Source: Eledone cirrhosa
Taxonomy: Eukaryota
Direction of reading: 5' to 3'
DNA length: 64,000 nt
Assembly: GCA_964016885.1 (NCBI GenBank)
Contig: OZ024742.1
Span: 121,830,001-121,894,000, forward strand
The notes under the pieces were generated by a model. That model was not told the DNA's origin. It ran no database searches and saw nothing but the letters and a program-made list of their open reading frames with translations. Below, one piece after another: positions 26,857 to 42,869 of the stretch (positions are counted from its first letter, which is position 1; every line of letters begins with the position of its first letter). The translations under genes and the position numbers were made by a program.

Positions 26857-27288
26857 TATTGCAACAACTATTACTTCTATCATCGTTTCTCTCTATTCAG
26901 TAGAGAAACTATTAGGGATATGTTTGACATTACTACACCATTAATTGACACTTGTGATGCGGCTAAACAGTGGTAATGTATACAAAAAATAAATAGTTTC
27001 AACCAGAAAAATAATGATATTCTTTCTAGCAAATCACCAAAAGAGAAATCAAAGACCTGTCTATTGCCAATGGATGTGTTTGGGCAACCGAAAATCAGTA
27101 CTATCAGAGGAAACCCACAAACAAAGCAGGAGCTAAGGAGCAAATATATTTATTCATAGATATATGCAGAAATAAGTAGATAAATAGTGGAAATATATAT
27201 AAGATAAATATTTACATAGAGGTAAACCAGTTTATAAGGGCTCTATATATCCTCGTGTCTTACACACCGATTACATCACCTTTTTAGA

Positions 27289-28770
27289 ATGGAGCTACGT
27301 AAACTGGATTATTCCCTAAAAAGTAATCCCAACCATTCCAACGAGACTTATTCGAAGTACTTGCTACAAGAAGAAAAGGACGTCGTTAGGCTTTTTTCGA
27401 CGGGAAAATCACAGGATCAGTCGACAATTTCAAAATTAAATCTAGAGACTATCTCTCCAAGGTCAATGACTACGATCCTTTCGAGACAGCTCTCCTTGAA
27501 TTAGTCATTAGCTTCTTTCGTAAATCCTCCAATCCTTTCAAAAACAAGATTAGAAAAGTTATACAACATTTTAGGTTCTCTAAAACGACTTTCGGCTTAT
27601 CTGACAATAACTTATATGAGCTGGACGAAACTATATACAATCACTTAACACACAAGATCATACTTCTAAATATAAATTAGTAGACCCTTCACCTTACAAC
27701 ATCAATAATGAAGACAGGCACATAGCCATCGCATGTAGATAAGAAATTAGAATGTTTAACATTAACATAATTTGACTTTACTAATAAGCTTATATGCAGG
27801 CTCACCAAATGGGACAGAGTTAGAACTAGTTAGCAAGATAATACTTAGAAATATAATTAAGACCACAAGGAAACATTCCAGCCCAACTCAGTGGGAAATA
27901 GTGATACAGTAATTAAATGAATGGCTTAGCTCCCTGACCAACACTAACATAGATAGATTCACTCAGTTCGACATCACATATTTTTACCTCTCGATATTTA
28001 AAATCCTGTTAGATAAGTCCTTAGATTTTTCCACTAGATACACTAGCGTTTATGACATAGACAGGCAAGTGATATCCCACTGCAGGAAAACTCTCCTTTT
28101 CAGCAACGAGGAAAATTGTGTGAAAAAAATCAAATACAACAGATCTATTCGTTGCAATGATGTGGTCATTCGATATTGCTGATGTGGGGTTACGTATTTT
28201 GGATACACTACGGGCCAAATAACCAAACTTCCACAGGAGCCTTTACCAAGATGATCGTCAAGCCATACCGAGCTATAAAAGCGGCCATGATCTTGAACAT
28301 TAAAGAAAAACTTAACCATATTTAACGAATTACGAATTAAAATCCCCGAGACATCAACCCGACTAGGATCTACCCACTAGTTGTCGCCTTAGATCTTCTG
28401 CCACCCTCCTACGGCTTTTAAAAACATTATAAAAACATGAACAAAAGAATCATGAACGTTTGAGGCTTAATATAACGGAAACAATTGTCGGCTGGCCGTT
28501 TCGTATGATGGTTAGCACGATGAAACGGTATACTGCAGGTGTGAATGTGGGTCCTACGGGTAGCGGGGTACAAATTGATCTCCGTCTTCATGGTTTATAT
28601 GTCCAATTTAGACTATTTTTCACAGTAAAAATCGTTAAAGCTTCTAACTTACCAATTTTAACCCTCTCATTACTCAACGGTTCTAGCAATAGATCGTTTA
28701 TATAAATACACACACACACAAACACACAAACACACACATTTTAGTCTTCACATTTAATATTATTACTATA
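27289..28770 (+). mobile_element. Heavily decayed Penelope-like element
   Basis: N-terminus LDYSLKSNPNHSNETYSKYLL is like 15160-15342. RT remnants include FTQFDI and GKTLLF. The end ttttagtcttca..attattactata is shared with 36911-36940. Confidence 0.6.
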
Positions 28771-28818
28771 TATATAGTATATATACATATACACATATAT
28801 ATATATAGTATATATACA

Positions 28819-28859
<41 letters not shown>

Positions 28860-28922
28860 TATATACATTCATATATATATATAGTATATATACATTCATA
28901 TATATATATATATATATATATA

Positions 28923-29038
<116 letters not shown>

Positions 29039-29185
29039 TATATATATATATATATATATATGTGAAGATAGACATAGAATATTCGAAAATATTCTGTATG
29101 TTTATAATAACATTTTGAAGACCTAATCGCTATAGAATAGAATACGTCACGTATTACAATTAGATTCTCGATAAAAGCAAGGGAA

Positions 29186-29228
29186 GTAATCTACGCGTTT
29201 CATTCTTATTAGAAATCTTCAGGATTAC
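29186..29228 (-). ncRNA. Type-I hammerhead ribozyme
   Basis: Reverse complement of 29381-29423. Confidence 0.8.
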
Positions 29229-29380
29229 ATATCCAGTGCTTTTATCGAGAATGACACAGCTAGAGACTTATAGAATACTTAGCTGTGTACAGGAACTGGT
29301 TTGAAAGAGCGGTTGCCGGTCCGGCAGAAATTAGAAATTGGATTAAATGCTCTGAAATGCTCGATAAAAGCACTGGATAT

Positions 29381-29423
29381 GTAATCCTGAAGATTTCTAA
29401 TAAGAATGAAACGCGTAGATTAC
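29381..29423 (+). ncRNA. Type-I hammerhead ribozyme, canonical core
   Basis: gtaatc-CTGAAGA-tttct aata agaat-GAAA-cgcgt-A-gattac, with stem III palindrome ACGCGT and extended stem ctcgataaaagca/tgcttttatcgag. Confidence 0.85.
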
Positions 29424-29690
29424 TTCCCTTGCTTTTATCGAGAATCTAATTGTAATACGTGACGTATTCTATTCTATAGCGATTAGGTCTTCAAAATGTT
29501 TATTATAAACATACAGAATATTTTCGAATATTCTATGTCTATCTTCACATATATATCGCTATTTCAGAGCATTTAATCCAATTTCTAATTTCTGCCGGAC
29601 CGGCAACCGCTCTTTCAAACCAGTTCCTGTACACAGCTAAGTATTCTATAAGTCTCTAGCTGTGTCATTCTCGATAAAAGCACTGGATAT

Positions 29691-29733
29691 GTAATCCTGA
29701 AGATTTCTAATAAGAATGAAACGCGTAGATTAC
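29691..29733 (+). ncRNA. Type-I hammerhead ribozyme (second tandem copy)
   Basis: Identical to 29381-29423, 310 bp downstream. Confidence 0.85.
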
Positions 29734-29893
29734 TTCCCTTGCTTTTATCGAGAATCTAATTGTAATACGTGACGTATTCTATTCTATAGCGATTAGGTCT
29801 TCAAAATGTTTATTATAAACATACAGAATATTTTCGAATATTCTATGTCTATCTTCACATATATATCGCTATTTCAGAGCATTTAATCCAATT

Positions 29894-30051
<158 letters not shown>

Positions 30052-30067
30052 TATATATATATAAATA

Positions 30068-30133
<66 letters not shown>

Positions 30134-30179
30134 TATATATAGATATAGATATATATATATAAATATATATATAGATATA

Positions 30180-30278
<99 letters not shown>

Positions 30279-30279
30279 T

Positions 30280-30449
30280 ATAAAGAATCGAGACACCGAC
30301 GACTGAGCTCTTACCGTTTCAACAACTCTTTCCAGACTTGAACTAGCTACTGAAACGTCAAGAGCTCCCGACACTTTATAACATTGTATTAGCCCAAGTA
30401 TCAAGTACTCTGTTGAGTAATGGTCTAACCAGTTTCAAACTGAATACAT

Positions 30450-30455
<6 letters not shown>
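30280..30455 (-). repeat. Short hairpin element in (TA)n (AGTACTCAATAC family)
   Basis: The minus strand has cattactcaacagagtacttgatacttggg as at 38302-38330. It also has an imperfect IR, gagctcttaccgtttca/tgaaacgtcaagagctc. Confidence 0.6.
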
Positions 30456-30499
<44 letters not shown>

Positions 30500-30503
<4 letters not shown>

Positions 30504-30825
30504 GGAAAAAAATGAAACAAAATTTCATTTCCCACTCCCAGTACGGCTGTTACTTAAATATAAGTATGTACACGTACATACATATATGTATACAGACGCA
30601 CAGTAGTATGTATATATATATACATACATGCACACATATATATATATGTACGTATGGATTCACCGAACATTTATTGTAATGCTCGGTGTGTTTGTAAGCA
30701 TTATAATAAATGTTCGGTGAATCCATACGTACATATATATATGTGTGCATGTATGTATATATATATATACATACTACTGTGCGTCTGTATACATATATGT
30801 ATGTACGTGTACATACTTATATATA
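30500..30825. repeat. Fold-back fragment of the 460-bp family
   Basis: Homologous to 15560-15760. IR arms lie at ~30560-30683 and 30698-30822. Confidence 0.75.
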
Positions 30826-30831
30826 TATATA

Positions 30832-34630
<3,799 letters not shown>

Positions 34631-34653
34631 CCTCTCTCTCTATATATATATAA

Positions 34654-34717
<64 letters not shown>

Positions 34718-35078
34718 TATATATAGATATATATACATACATATACATACATATATACATATATATATATACATACCTATATATATTTATGTACATACAT
34801 ACATATATATATGTATATACATATATATATATATATACATATATATACATATATATATACATATATATATACATATATTATATACATATATAAATATATA
34901 TATATATATTTATATATGTATATAATATATGTATATAATATATGTATATATATATGTATATACATACATATATATATGTATATACATATATATATATATA
35001 TACATATATATACATATATATATACATATATATATACATATATTATATACATATATAAATATATATATATATATTTAT

Positions 35079-36940
35079 TAAAATAGCAGATTAAAGTTTA
35101 AGCAAAGAATCGCTGCTTTCACCCTTAACGGGATCTTCTGAAACTAACAAAGTCAATCTGTAAACGGTGAAAAACAATACGCGCAAAGACAGAACCACGT
35201 TTATAGTATAATAGAGGTAAGCATTTTCCCCCTACAAATAAATATAGTAAAATTTTTAATAGAAATACTATTAAACTTTTTTACTCTACGACTCCTAACC
35301 TTGCACATAACATCACAGCTTCAAATTTAGCTAAACTACCTAGCCGTAGGAACACGTGCAACCCTGTAGTTAGTACTAACTGTAATTGTAGGAATCGGGT
35401 TGATTGCCCCCTATCCGGTAAATGGCTCTCTAGTAACATTGTCTACAAATGTAAGGTTGTAACACCCACGTCCCGTAGGGCCTACATAGGGTTAACCGCC
35501 AATAGATTCAAGCAGCGTCTTTACATGCATACCCATTCTTTTCGTTACCCTCTAAGAAGGAATATGACGTCACTTTCAGCTTATATCTGGAGTCTAAAAG
35601 ACAACCATACCCAATATCAGTTACACTGGGAGATCCTTGCGAGGGCTAGATCGTATAACGGAAATAAAAGACCATGTGACCTCTGCGCCGCTGAGGCCCT
35701 GGAAATACTCTACGCCACAGACCACATCTTAAACAAAAAATCTGAGGCAATTTCGGCTTGTAAACATAAATTGCACAAAACATTCCTGTATTACAGCCCC
35801 ACGTTATACCCTAACGGATAGTACGATCTATACGTGGATATTTTACGTCTTGATGTGGGAGCTAAGTATATGTTTTGTTTATACCTTTACTTATTTGCAT
35901 AGGTAAGTATATATTATCCGTATGTTTTGTGAAGGTACGTATACCTTCTCGTACGTATATTTGATTGTTATGGCGTATAATTTTTATTTATTTATTTTTA
36001 TTTTTTATTTTAATATATTCTGGTACATATGGTTCGACTATGTGTATACGGGAGTTTTGCGTCTGTGTGAGTATGCAGGTTCGTACGTATGTAGGGCGTG
36101 TGTATATGTGTACTTCATGTTTTGGTTGACTTACGTCTCCGAACATTCGTGTATTTACATGTAGGTATATGTGGGCGCTTGTTATATATGTATTTATTTA
36201 TTAATATACGTTTATATAATTATTTATTTATTTGTATACACGCTTGCACACACACACATATTTATATGTGCGTGATTTTGTTTACCTATGGTAAGTTTTT
36301 GCGTATGCTTGTGTATGTACGTTTCTGTTTGCGTGTATGTATTTATTTATTTCTATTACTTCTGTATTGTATTTATTTACTTTGTTCTTAACTCCGTAGC
36401 GGAGATTCATTCGGTCTCCTAGTTAGAATTTAGTCTACGACTTCTGCTATATCATTTACGTGGTTTTGTCTTTGCGTGCTATTGTTCTCCACGCTCCACA
36501 TATGACGTATTATCTTCGTTTTTTTCGTTCATCGCCAGAGAACGTCTCTATGCACCACATAAGAGAACATTAGTCTACGACCTCTATTATACTATAAACG
36601 TGGTTCTGTCTTTGCGCGTATTGTTTTTCACCGCTCCTATTAATGACGTATTATATTCGTTTTTTCCCGTTCTTAGCCAGCGAACGTTTCCACGAACCAA
36701 AGTATCGTCTTCCTGTCTTCCTCCGGTTGCAACGTTTTTTGAAATATCCAGTTCTGCGTTTACAGATTGACTTTGTTAGTTTCAGAAGATCCCGTTAAGG
36801 GTGAAAGCAGCGATTCTTTGCTTAAACTTTAATCTGTTATTTTAATAAATATTTTCTCTACGGTTCTTATATATTTGATATATATTTATCCTTATCGAGC
36901 CCTCTTTGGATTTTAGTCTTCAAATTTATTATTATTACTA
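35079..36940 (+). mobile_element. 5'-truncated PLE (GIY-YIG + 3' UTR) with inverted 3'-end pieces at its 5' junction
   Basis: CNCRNRVDCPL, YIGLTANRFKQR, TSLSAYIWSLK and CDLCAAE. 35079-35166 is the reverse complement of 36757-36845, and 35166-35218 of 36581-36633. A 140-bp tandem duplication starts at 36431/36571. Confidence 0.85.
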
Positions 36941-37066
36941 TATATATATATATATATGTGTGTGTGTATGTGTGTGTGTGTTTGTGTGTAAACGTTAAGA
37001 CTCTTTCTTTACTACATCAAGCGATAAACTCATATATTCCTTAATTGTACTGTGTTGTTTGGTATG

Positions 37067-37123
<57 letters not shown>

Positions 37124-37149
37124 TGTAATAAACAACATAAGATAATTAT

Positions 37150-37207
37150 TTCATTTACCAGTGCTTTCTTGAAGGCAGATGTATCTGTCTTCAGTCGTCA
37201 GAATGAA
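37150..37207 (-). ncRNA. Type-I hammerhead motif
   Basis: ttcatt-CTGACGA-c tgaagacagat ac atctgccttca a-GAAA-gcactggt-A-aatgaa. A partial inverted copy lies at 37251-37290. Confidence 0.7.
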
Positions 37208-38177
37208 TAAAAAACATGGTGTTTTTATTAAATATGGATTTGAAAAGAAACGACTGAAGACAGATACAACATCTGTCTTCAAGAAACCACATGTATATAT
37301 ATGGAAGCCGAACCGGGTACATTGGTGTATTAAGTACATTTAATTTTAGTTTTTTTATTTACCTCTTTTTAAGGCTAGGCCGGTTTGGATTTTGTTTTAG
37401 TACGCTTGATAGCACTTTGAATCAGCTAAATATTCGTTGAAAGCGACGTCAAAGCATGATTTTATAGCAACTAGCAACTGAAACGAGTAAAAGTGTACAT
37501 CAGTTCTAATTCGATCCTGTGAATATGTACTTATATGATTTCATAGATAAATATAATAGAATATAGCTTACATTGCGTTTCACAATTTATATTGCTAATT
37601 TTTCGACAACACTAAATACGCCGTGTTGCTCCCGAAATTTTATTTATATGAGCTTTGTCTGATATTGATCTAATAACACTTGTGTAAAAATTGACTTTTC
37701 TGATTAGCACAACTGAAACCATACTCAAAGAACACTTGTAGCGTTCATGAATTGTATTTCCACGGACAATTTCCCTTCAGGATATATCAGCATCTACAAT
37801 TATCTTCCTGTCAAATGCATATTGAATAACATAAGAAAGGTTTTCTCTCGATCAACAGAACCCTTCAAGAGATGTGAGAATAATTACCTTATTAATATTT
37901 GCGATGAATAATATGATTATTGCGATCATGCTTATGATGATAATGCTGACGGTGATGATAATGATGATGATGGCAACGATGATGATGACAGAGAATTTGA
38001 AGAAATTAGTGAAGATTATTATTATGAAAACTGTATTAATTGACAATATCTACATTATATATTGTGGTTAAGTTTTCAATTTGTTCTGGAATATTCTTGT
38101 CTTAAACCCACGTCAAATATTTAAATGAGAATATAATATGAATACGTAAAAACCTCTACAACATCCAAATATAGAAC

Positions 38178-38244
<67 letters not shown>

Positions 38245-38299
38245 AAGAAAAGAAGAACGGGAGAAGTTTTCCTCGTCAGTTGTCTGCTGGGGGTCTCGG

Positions 38300-38474
38300 A
38301 TCATTACTCAACAGAGTACTCGATACTTGGGGAAGTAGAGTGGGTAATATGAAAAAAAATCAGGACCTCGACGGCTGAGCTTCGGCCGTTTCACCAGCTA
38401 GATCTGAACTTCGGATTTAGCTGTTGAAACGGCCGTGGCTCAGCCGTAGGGGTCGGGATCCTGAATTTTTTCAA

Positions 38475-38478
<4 letters not shown>
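38300..38478 (+). repeat. Short hairpin element (AGTACTCAATAC family)
   Basis: agtactcgatacttgg is followed by a long imperfect IR at 38348-38478 containing GAAACGGC..GCCGTA. Confidence 0.7.
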
Positions 38479-38506
<28 letters not shown>

Positions 38507-39282
38507 GGAGGGAGAAAGAGAGAGGTAGCGAGAAAAGAGAAGAGAGAATACATTGAGACATGGAAGCAGCAGCCGCAGAGACGGACGGTTGTACTGGTTC
38601 TCATCTGACTAGATCTGGAACAATTTTCAGAGTCGCTCCGTTAACCGCTTTTGTTGTCAGACTATTTTATTTGCTAGGAGATGGCCTCTGCCACGTATTT
38701 GACTGTATTTGAATAATACATATAAAAATGAGAAAACTGATTGGCAACACTATTTTTTCATTTAACTGTTTAACACAGTTAATATTAGCTTTCAATTTAG
38801 AAAGCTAATCACAGCTTGAAGTCTGCTATCCCATTATTTTCCTTTTCCTTGTTTTCTTTCGTCCTTCTGTGAGAGATTAATGTTTCTGTTGCACGATCCA
38901 GCATTTTAATATGGCGCTCTCCGTAGGATCGTGGGAGGCCATTTTATTGCCTTGGGCGCTGATGAGGGTGAAGGTGTGTGTCTTGTACATCGCCTTTGTT
39001 CATTTCCTCTTCCGGTCACTTCTGTTCGCCAACACACTTCTCCTCGTCCTCCTCCACTTTCACTCTTTTCTATATTTCATCTGCCTATCACCCACCTTGT
39101 AGATTGTCCCTTCTGTTGACCATTGGCAGCTGGTTTCTTCCCTCTGAGGTATTTTTGCTCATCACAGTCTTTGACAGCATTTAGCTGGTTTAACGGCTGT
39201 TCTGGCGATGTATTTTCTCATTTTTATATGTATTCAAATACACTTTCGCTTCGTTTCGATCAGAGACAACACTATTTTTTCA

Positions 39283-39335
<53 letters not shown>

Positions 39336-39639
39336 TTAGCTTCAACATAGCTGTATACATATATGTATGTGAATTTCGTAAATCTAAATGTATACGGTAT
39401 GTTTAATAATTAAACTTGTTGAAAGCCTAGCTATGCATATTGAAAGTATGTATGTTCTCTTGGTTTTATAATTTCACAAATGTTTACCAATAGAGAGAGA
39501 GAGTCTATTTCTAACATATATATAAGATTATCTCATTGGAATTTACCCGGCATCAACTAGGTAGATATGTATGCATGTCTGTATGCATGTGGGTGCAGGT
39601 ATGGATGTTATTGTATGTGTGGAGGTGTATATTTTGAGT

Positions 39640-41455
39640 TATATGTGTGCATGTGTATATATGCTTTGTATCTGTACATGCATACATGGAGTTGTTAGAT
39701 GAAGAATTTTTGGAATGTTTTACATATTTTTACTGTTCCATTAATGGATTGTACTTGTAATTTCCTAAGTAGTCGTGATCTTTCTGTTTCTGTGAAGCCT
39801 AGCTTCTCAAGATTTGTACTGAGGCGGTTACTAACATATCCCAGTGCCCTAGTAATCACAGGTATAATTATGAAGGTATAGTTCTGTATAGATATTCTCT
39901 TTTTCGCTAATCTTTAAGATTATATTGGCATCTGCTGGGCAGCTAACTTCCAATACTTTTCCATGTTCCATATTATATTTGGTCTGTTATGCCTGCATTT
40001 ATCGGGGTTTTTACTGGAACATTCTACCAGTACTCTTTCATATTATGTACATGGATGTCTTCCACATTGCTGTAGCTTTTAATGTGTTTATTGTCGGGGC
40101 TATCATTTCTTCAGATTGCATTGTACAGTGTTTTGGCCCCTACATCATGCCTCATAGGTAAATAGTACCATGATGACAACTCTGATGTTAATTCTGCAGA
40201 GTCTGCACTTGCTGTCACATCTAGGTGTTTTGCCTGAATCCCTATCTCTTTTGTAAATCAGGTATTTTGTGTTGATTTCCTGTTCTTGGATTGCAAAAGC
40301 ATATCCTTCAAATTGAGAGGTAATATAGCGGTTGTTGGTCCAATATAGACTACTTTGCTTACCTATATTACTATCACTCTAGAACTTCCTGGCAGCATAT
40401 CCATGCATGACTTTTCGCTAATAAGCCTGAAGTTTTTCATCCATGGATTCGCTGCGGTATTGCTGGGCAATTTTCCTGGGTGTGAGTTTATCATGCAGGG
40501 AGTATCTTTCAAGGGGCTCCTTTCCAACTCTCATAATCTCATCTGTCTCATGCAGACAGACTTACTCAATAGATGGACTCTTTCCCTCGGAGGTTTGTAA
40601 ATGTTGTCGGAGGGATATTATGCGACACTCAAATGCTGTATGGACCGATGATAGGCCTCTGCCTCCCTGCTTACGTTTTAAGTAGAGGCGGTCTATGTCA
40701 CTCTTGATGTGTAAGTTTCCGGTGTTGTTTAGAATTTTTCGAGTTTTAACATCACTTTCTAGGATTTCGTCTATCGTTCACTCGAGTATTCCAAACTTTG
40801 ATGTTTGGACAGGCACAGCAAACATATTGTGAGCCACTGTTTTACTGTGCACAGAGAGTTCCGATGACCATATTTTTCTTAATCGGGTGTAATATTCCCT
40901 GGTTATGCGTTCCTTATTACAAATACGATTATAAGATATATCCTCATCTATCCCCAGGTATCTGTAGCAGTCCTCGTCAGATATCGGTGAAACAGTGAAG
41001 CTATTGATAAAAAAATGTTGCTAGATTGGGTTGTAGTTTTTCCTCGCTTTACAGTCATATTTGAACATTTATCTTGGCCAAACTCCATTCCCATATTCTT
41101 TGAACATTTATCTTGGCCAAACTCCATTCCCATATTCTTTGAGAATGTTGTAACCAGATCAAGGATTTTCTTCATCCCGTTTATGTTCTTAGCATAGAAT
41201 TTCAGATCATCCAGAAAGAAATTATGTGTTAAATTCATATTTCTGTCCTGTGAGCCAATGATGTATCCTTAACATTTCTTGAGCAAATAGAACACGGGGT
41301 TTAATGACAGGATAAAGAGCAGCACTGAGAGAGACTGTCTCCTTGAAATATACCCCGGTGATATTCTATTTTATTACTGGAAATAGAGTCCTCCTTCTCT
41401 GTTTTTAACTTTAGGATAGTAGCCCAAGAAGAAGACAGCTCCTCTATGTCTTTGA
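39640..41455 (-). mobile_element. Old R4/Dong-clade non-LTR relic
   Basis: LTHNFFLDDLKFYAKN, MEFGQDKC, a DRLYLKRKQGGRGL-like motif and AFAIQEQEINTKYL, all paralleling the young copy at 42870. Confidence 0.8.
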
Positions 41456-41456
41456 T

Positions 41457-41540
41457 AATAATTGTTTCTACTTTTGGCAAAGGCCAGCAACTACCCAGTG
41501 CATTACTGGTACTTTATTTTATCGACCCCGTAAGGATAAT
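41457..41540 (-). mobile_element. 5'-truncated SINE
   Basis: aattgtttctacttttggc..ggccagcaa..tactttattttatcgaccccgtaaggat. Confidence 0.8.
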
Positions 41541-41620
41541 AATGTCTTGGAGTTAGCAAGTCGGAGGGTCTCTATCACCCAAGAGTGGGGAACAGAATCA
41601 AATGTATGTATGTATGTATG

Positions 41621-42807
41621 TTTTCTCTTTCTCTTAATTTCGAGTATATTTTTTTTGACCGGCCACCTTCCTGGTGGCAAGGTTGTAAAAGAAAAGAAAT
41701 TGTCATCCCTTGAATCGCAAGAATGTTTTGCATATTTTGAAGGTGCCAGCTATCGCAGCCATTTGTAGACTATGAATTAGGGAGCTGGGCTTTTTGTCCG
41801 CAAATCCAAGTTCGGTCATACTTTGGTCCAAGCGGGTTGGTATATAACCCGTAGCACCAATAATGATGGGTATGAAGCTAAAGGTGTATCTTGGATACTG
41901 GATTTGTAAGCTCCTCATCAATGGTCCGTAGATGTCCTCCTTCTCCTGTATTTTTCTGACAACGTTTACATCAAGTGGGCAACTGATCTCCACAACAGAA
42001 CACGTGTTCAATGTGTGGTCCCAAACTACAATATCAGGCCGGTTGTGCTTTAATTTGGTGGCAGTTTTTATTTTCAGGTTCCACCAGTATTCCTTAGTGC
42101 CATCTGTCTCAATATATTCTTCCTCGTTTGTTGTTAATTTTGTTTTCCGAAGTGCGTTCCAGATAGTTCTAGCTATCCCATCGTGTCTCATGGGGAGGTA
42201 GTAGCGAGATGACATTCTTTCGCAGCTGGCAACAATGTGGCTTACATCCTCGATCTTTGTTTTACATAGCCTACATTTATTGTCAGCTGCTGGCCCTCCT
42301 CTTTTGTGCAGCAGATATTTGGTAGGGAGTTCTTGTTCCTGTATTGCATAGAGATATCCCTCAAGGTGTGATGTCATAAACTTGTCGGAACTCCATGCCA
42401 GGCTTTTTGAGTGGTTTATCCCCTCTATGGTCTGTGTTTTACGCCTCAAGTATCCATGCACAACTTTCTCTGTAAATTGGTCAATTTTTTTTTCTTGTTT
42501 GAACATTGAATAGGATCTTCCGATTTCTCTGGGTGAGAGATTTATATCAGGCTTTATTCCATATCTCTCCTCCAGATCAGTCGCTATTCTAATGATATTT
42601 CTTTTTTCATGCTCATAAACCTGAGCAAGATGGTCGCCAACCTTTTTCCTCTGTTGAAGGTGTTGCTTCAGTGTTACTATCCGGGTCTCATATGTTGTTA
42701 ATATTGATTTTAGACCCCGGCCACCTTCCTTGCGTGAGAAGTATAGCCTATCCACATCACCATTGATGTTAAAGTTCCCAGTAACACTGAGAAGTTTTCG
42801 AGTTCTA
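41621..42807 (-). mobile_element. 5'-truncated copy of the young R4/Dong element
   Basis: Near-identical to 42870-44057 apart from a few SNPs, and bounded on both sides by (TATG)n. Confidence 0.93.
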
Positions 42808-42869
42808 TGTATGTATGTATGTATGTATGTATGTATGTATGTATGTATGTATGTATGTATGTATGTATG

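Larger units (their letters stand above)
29061..29893. mobile_element. 310-bp hammerhead repeat: inverted arm (29061-29358) plus ~1.7 tandem units (29361-29893)
   Basis: gtaatcctga recurs at 29381 and 29691. The left arm is the reverse complement, and the element is embedded in long (TA)n tracts. Confidence 0.9.

Noticed and set aside
37860-38070. Asp/Met-rich ORFs
   Set aside because: Degenerate (GAT)n repeat with no splice or homology support.
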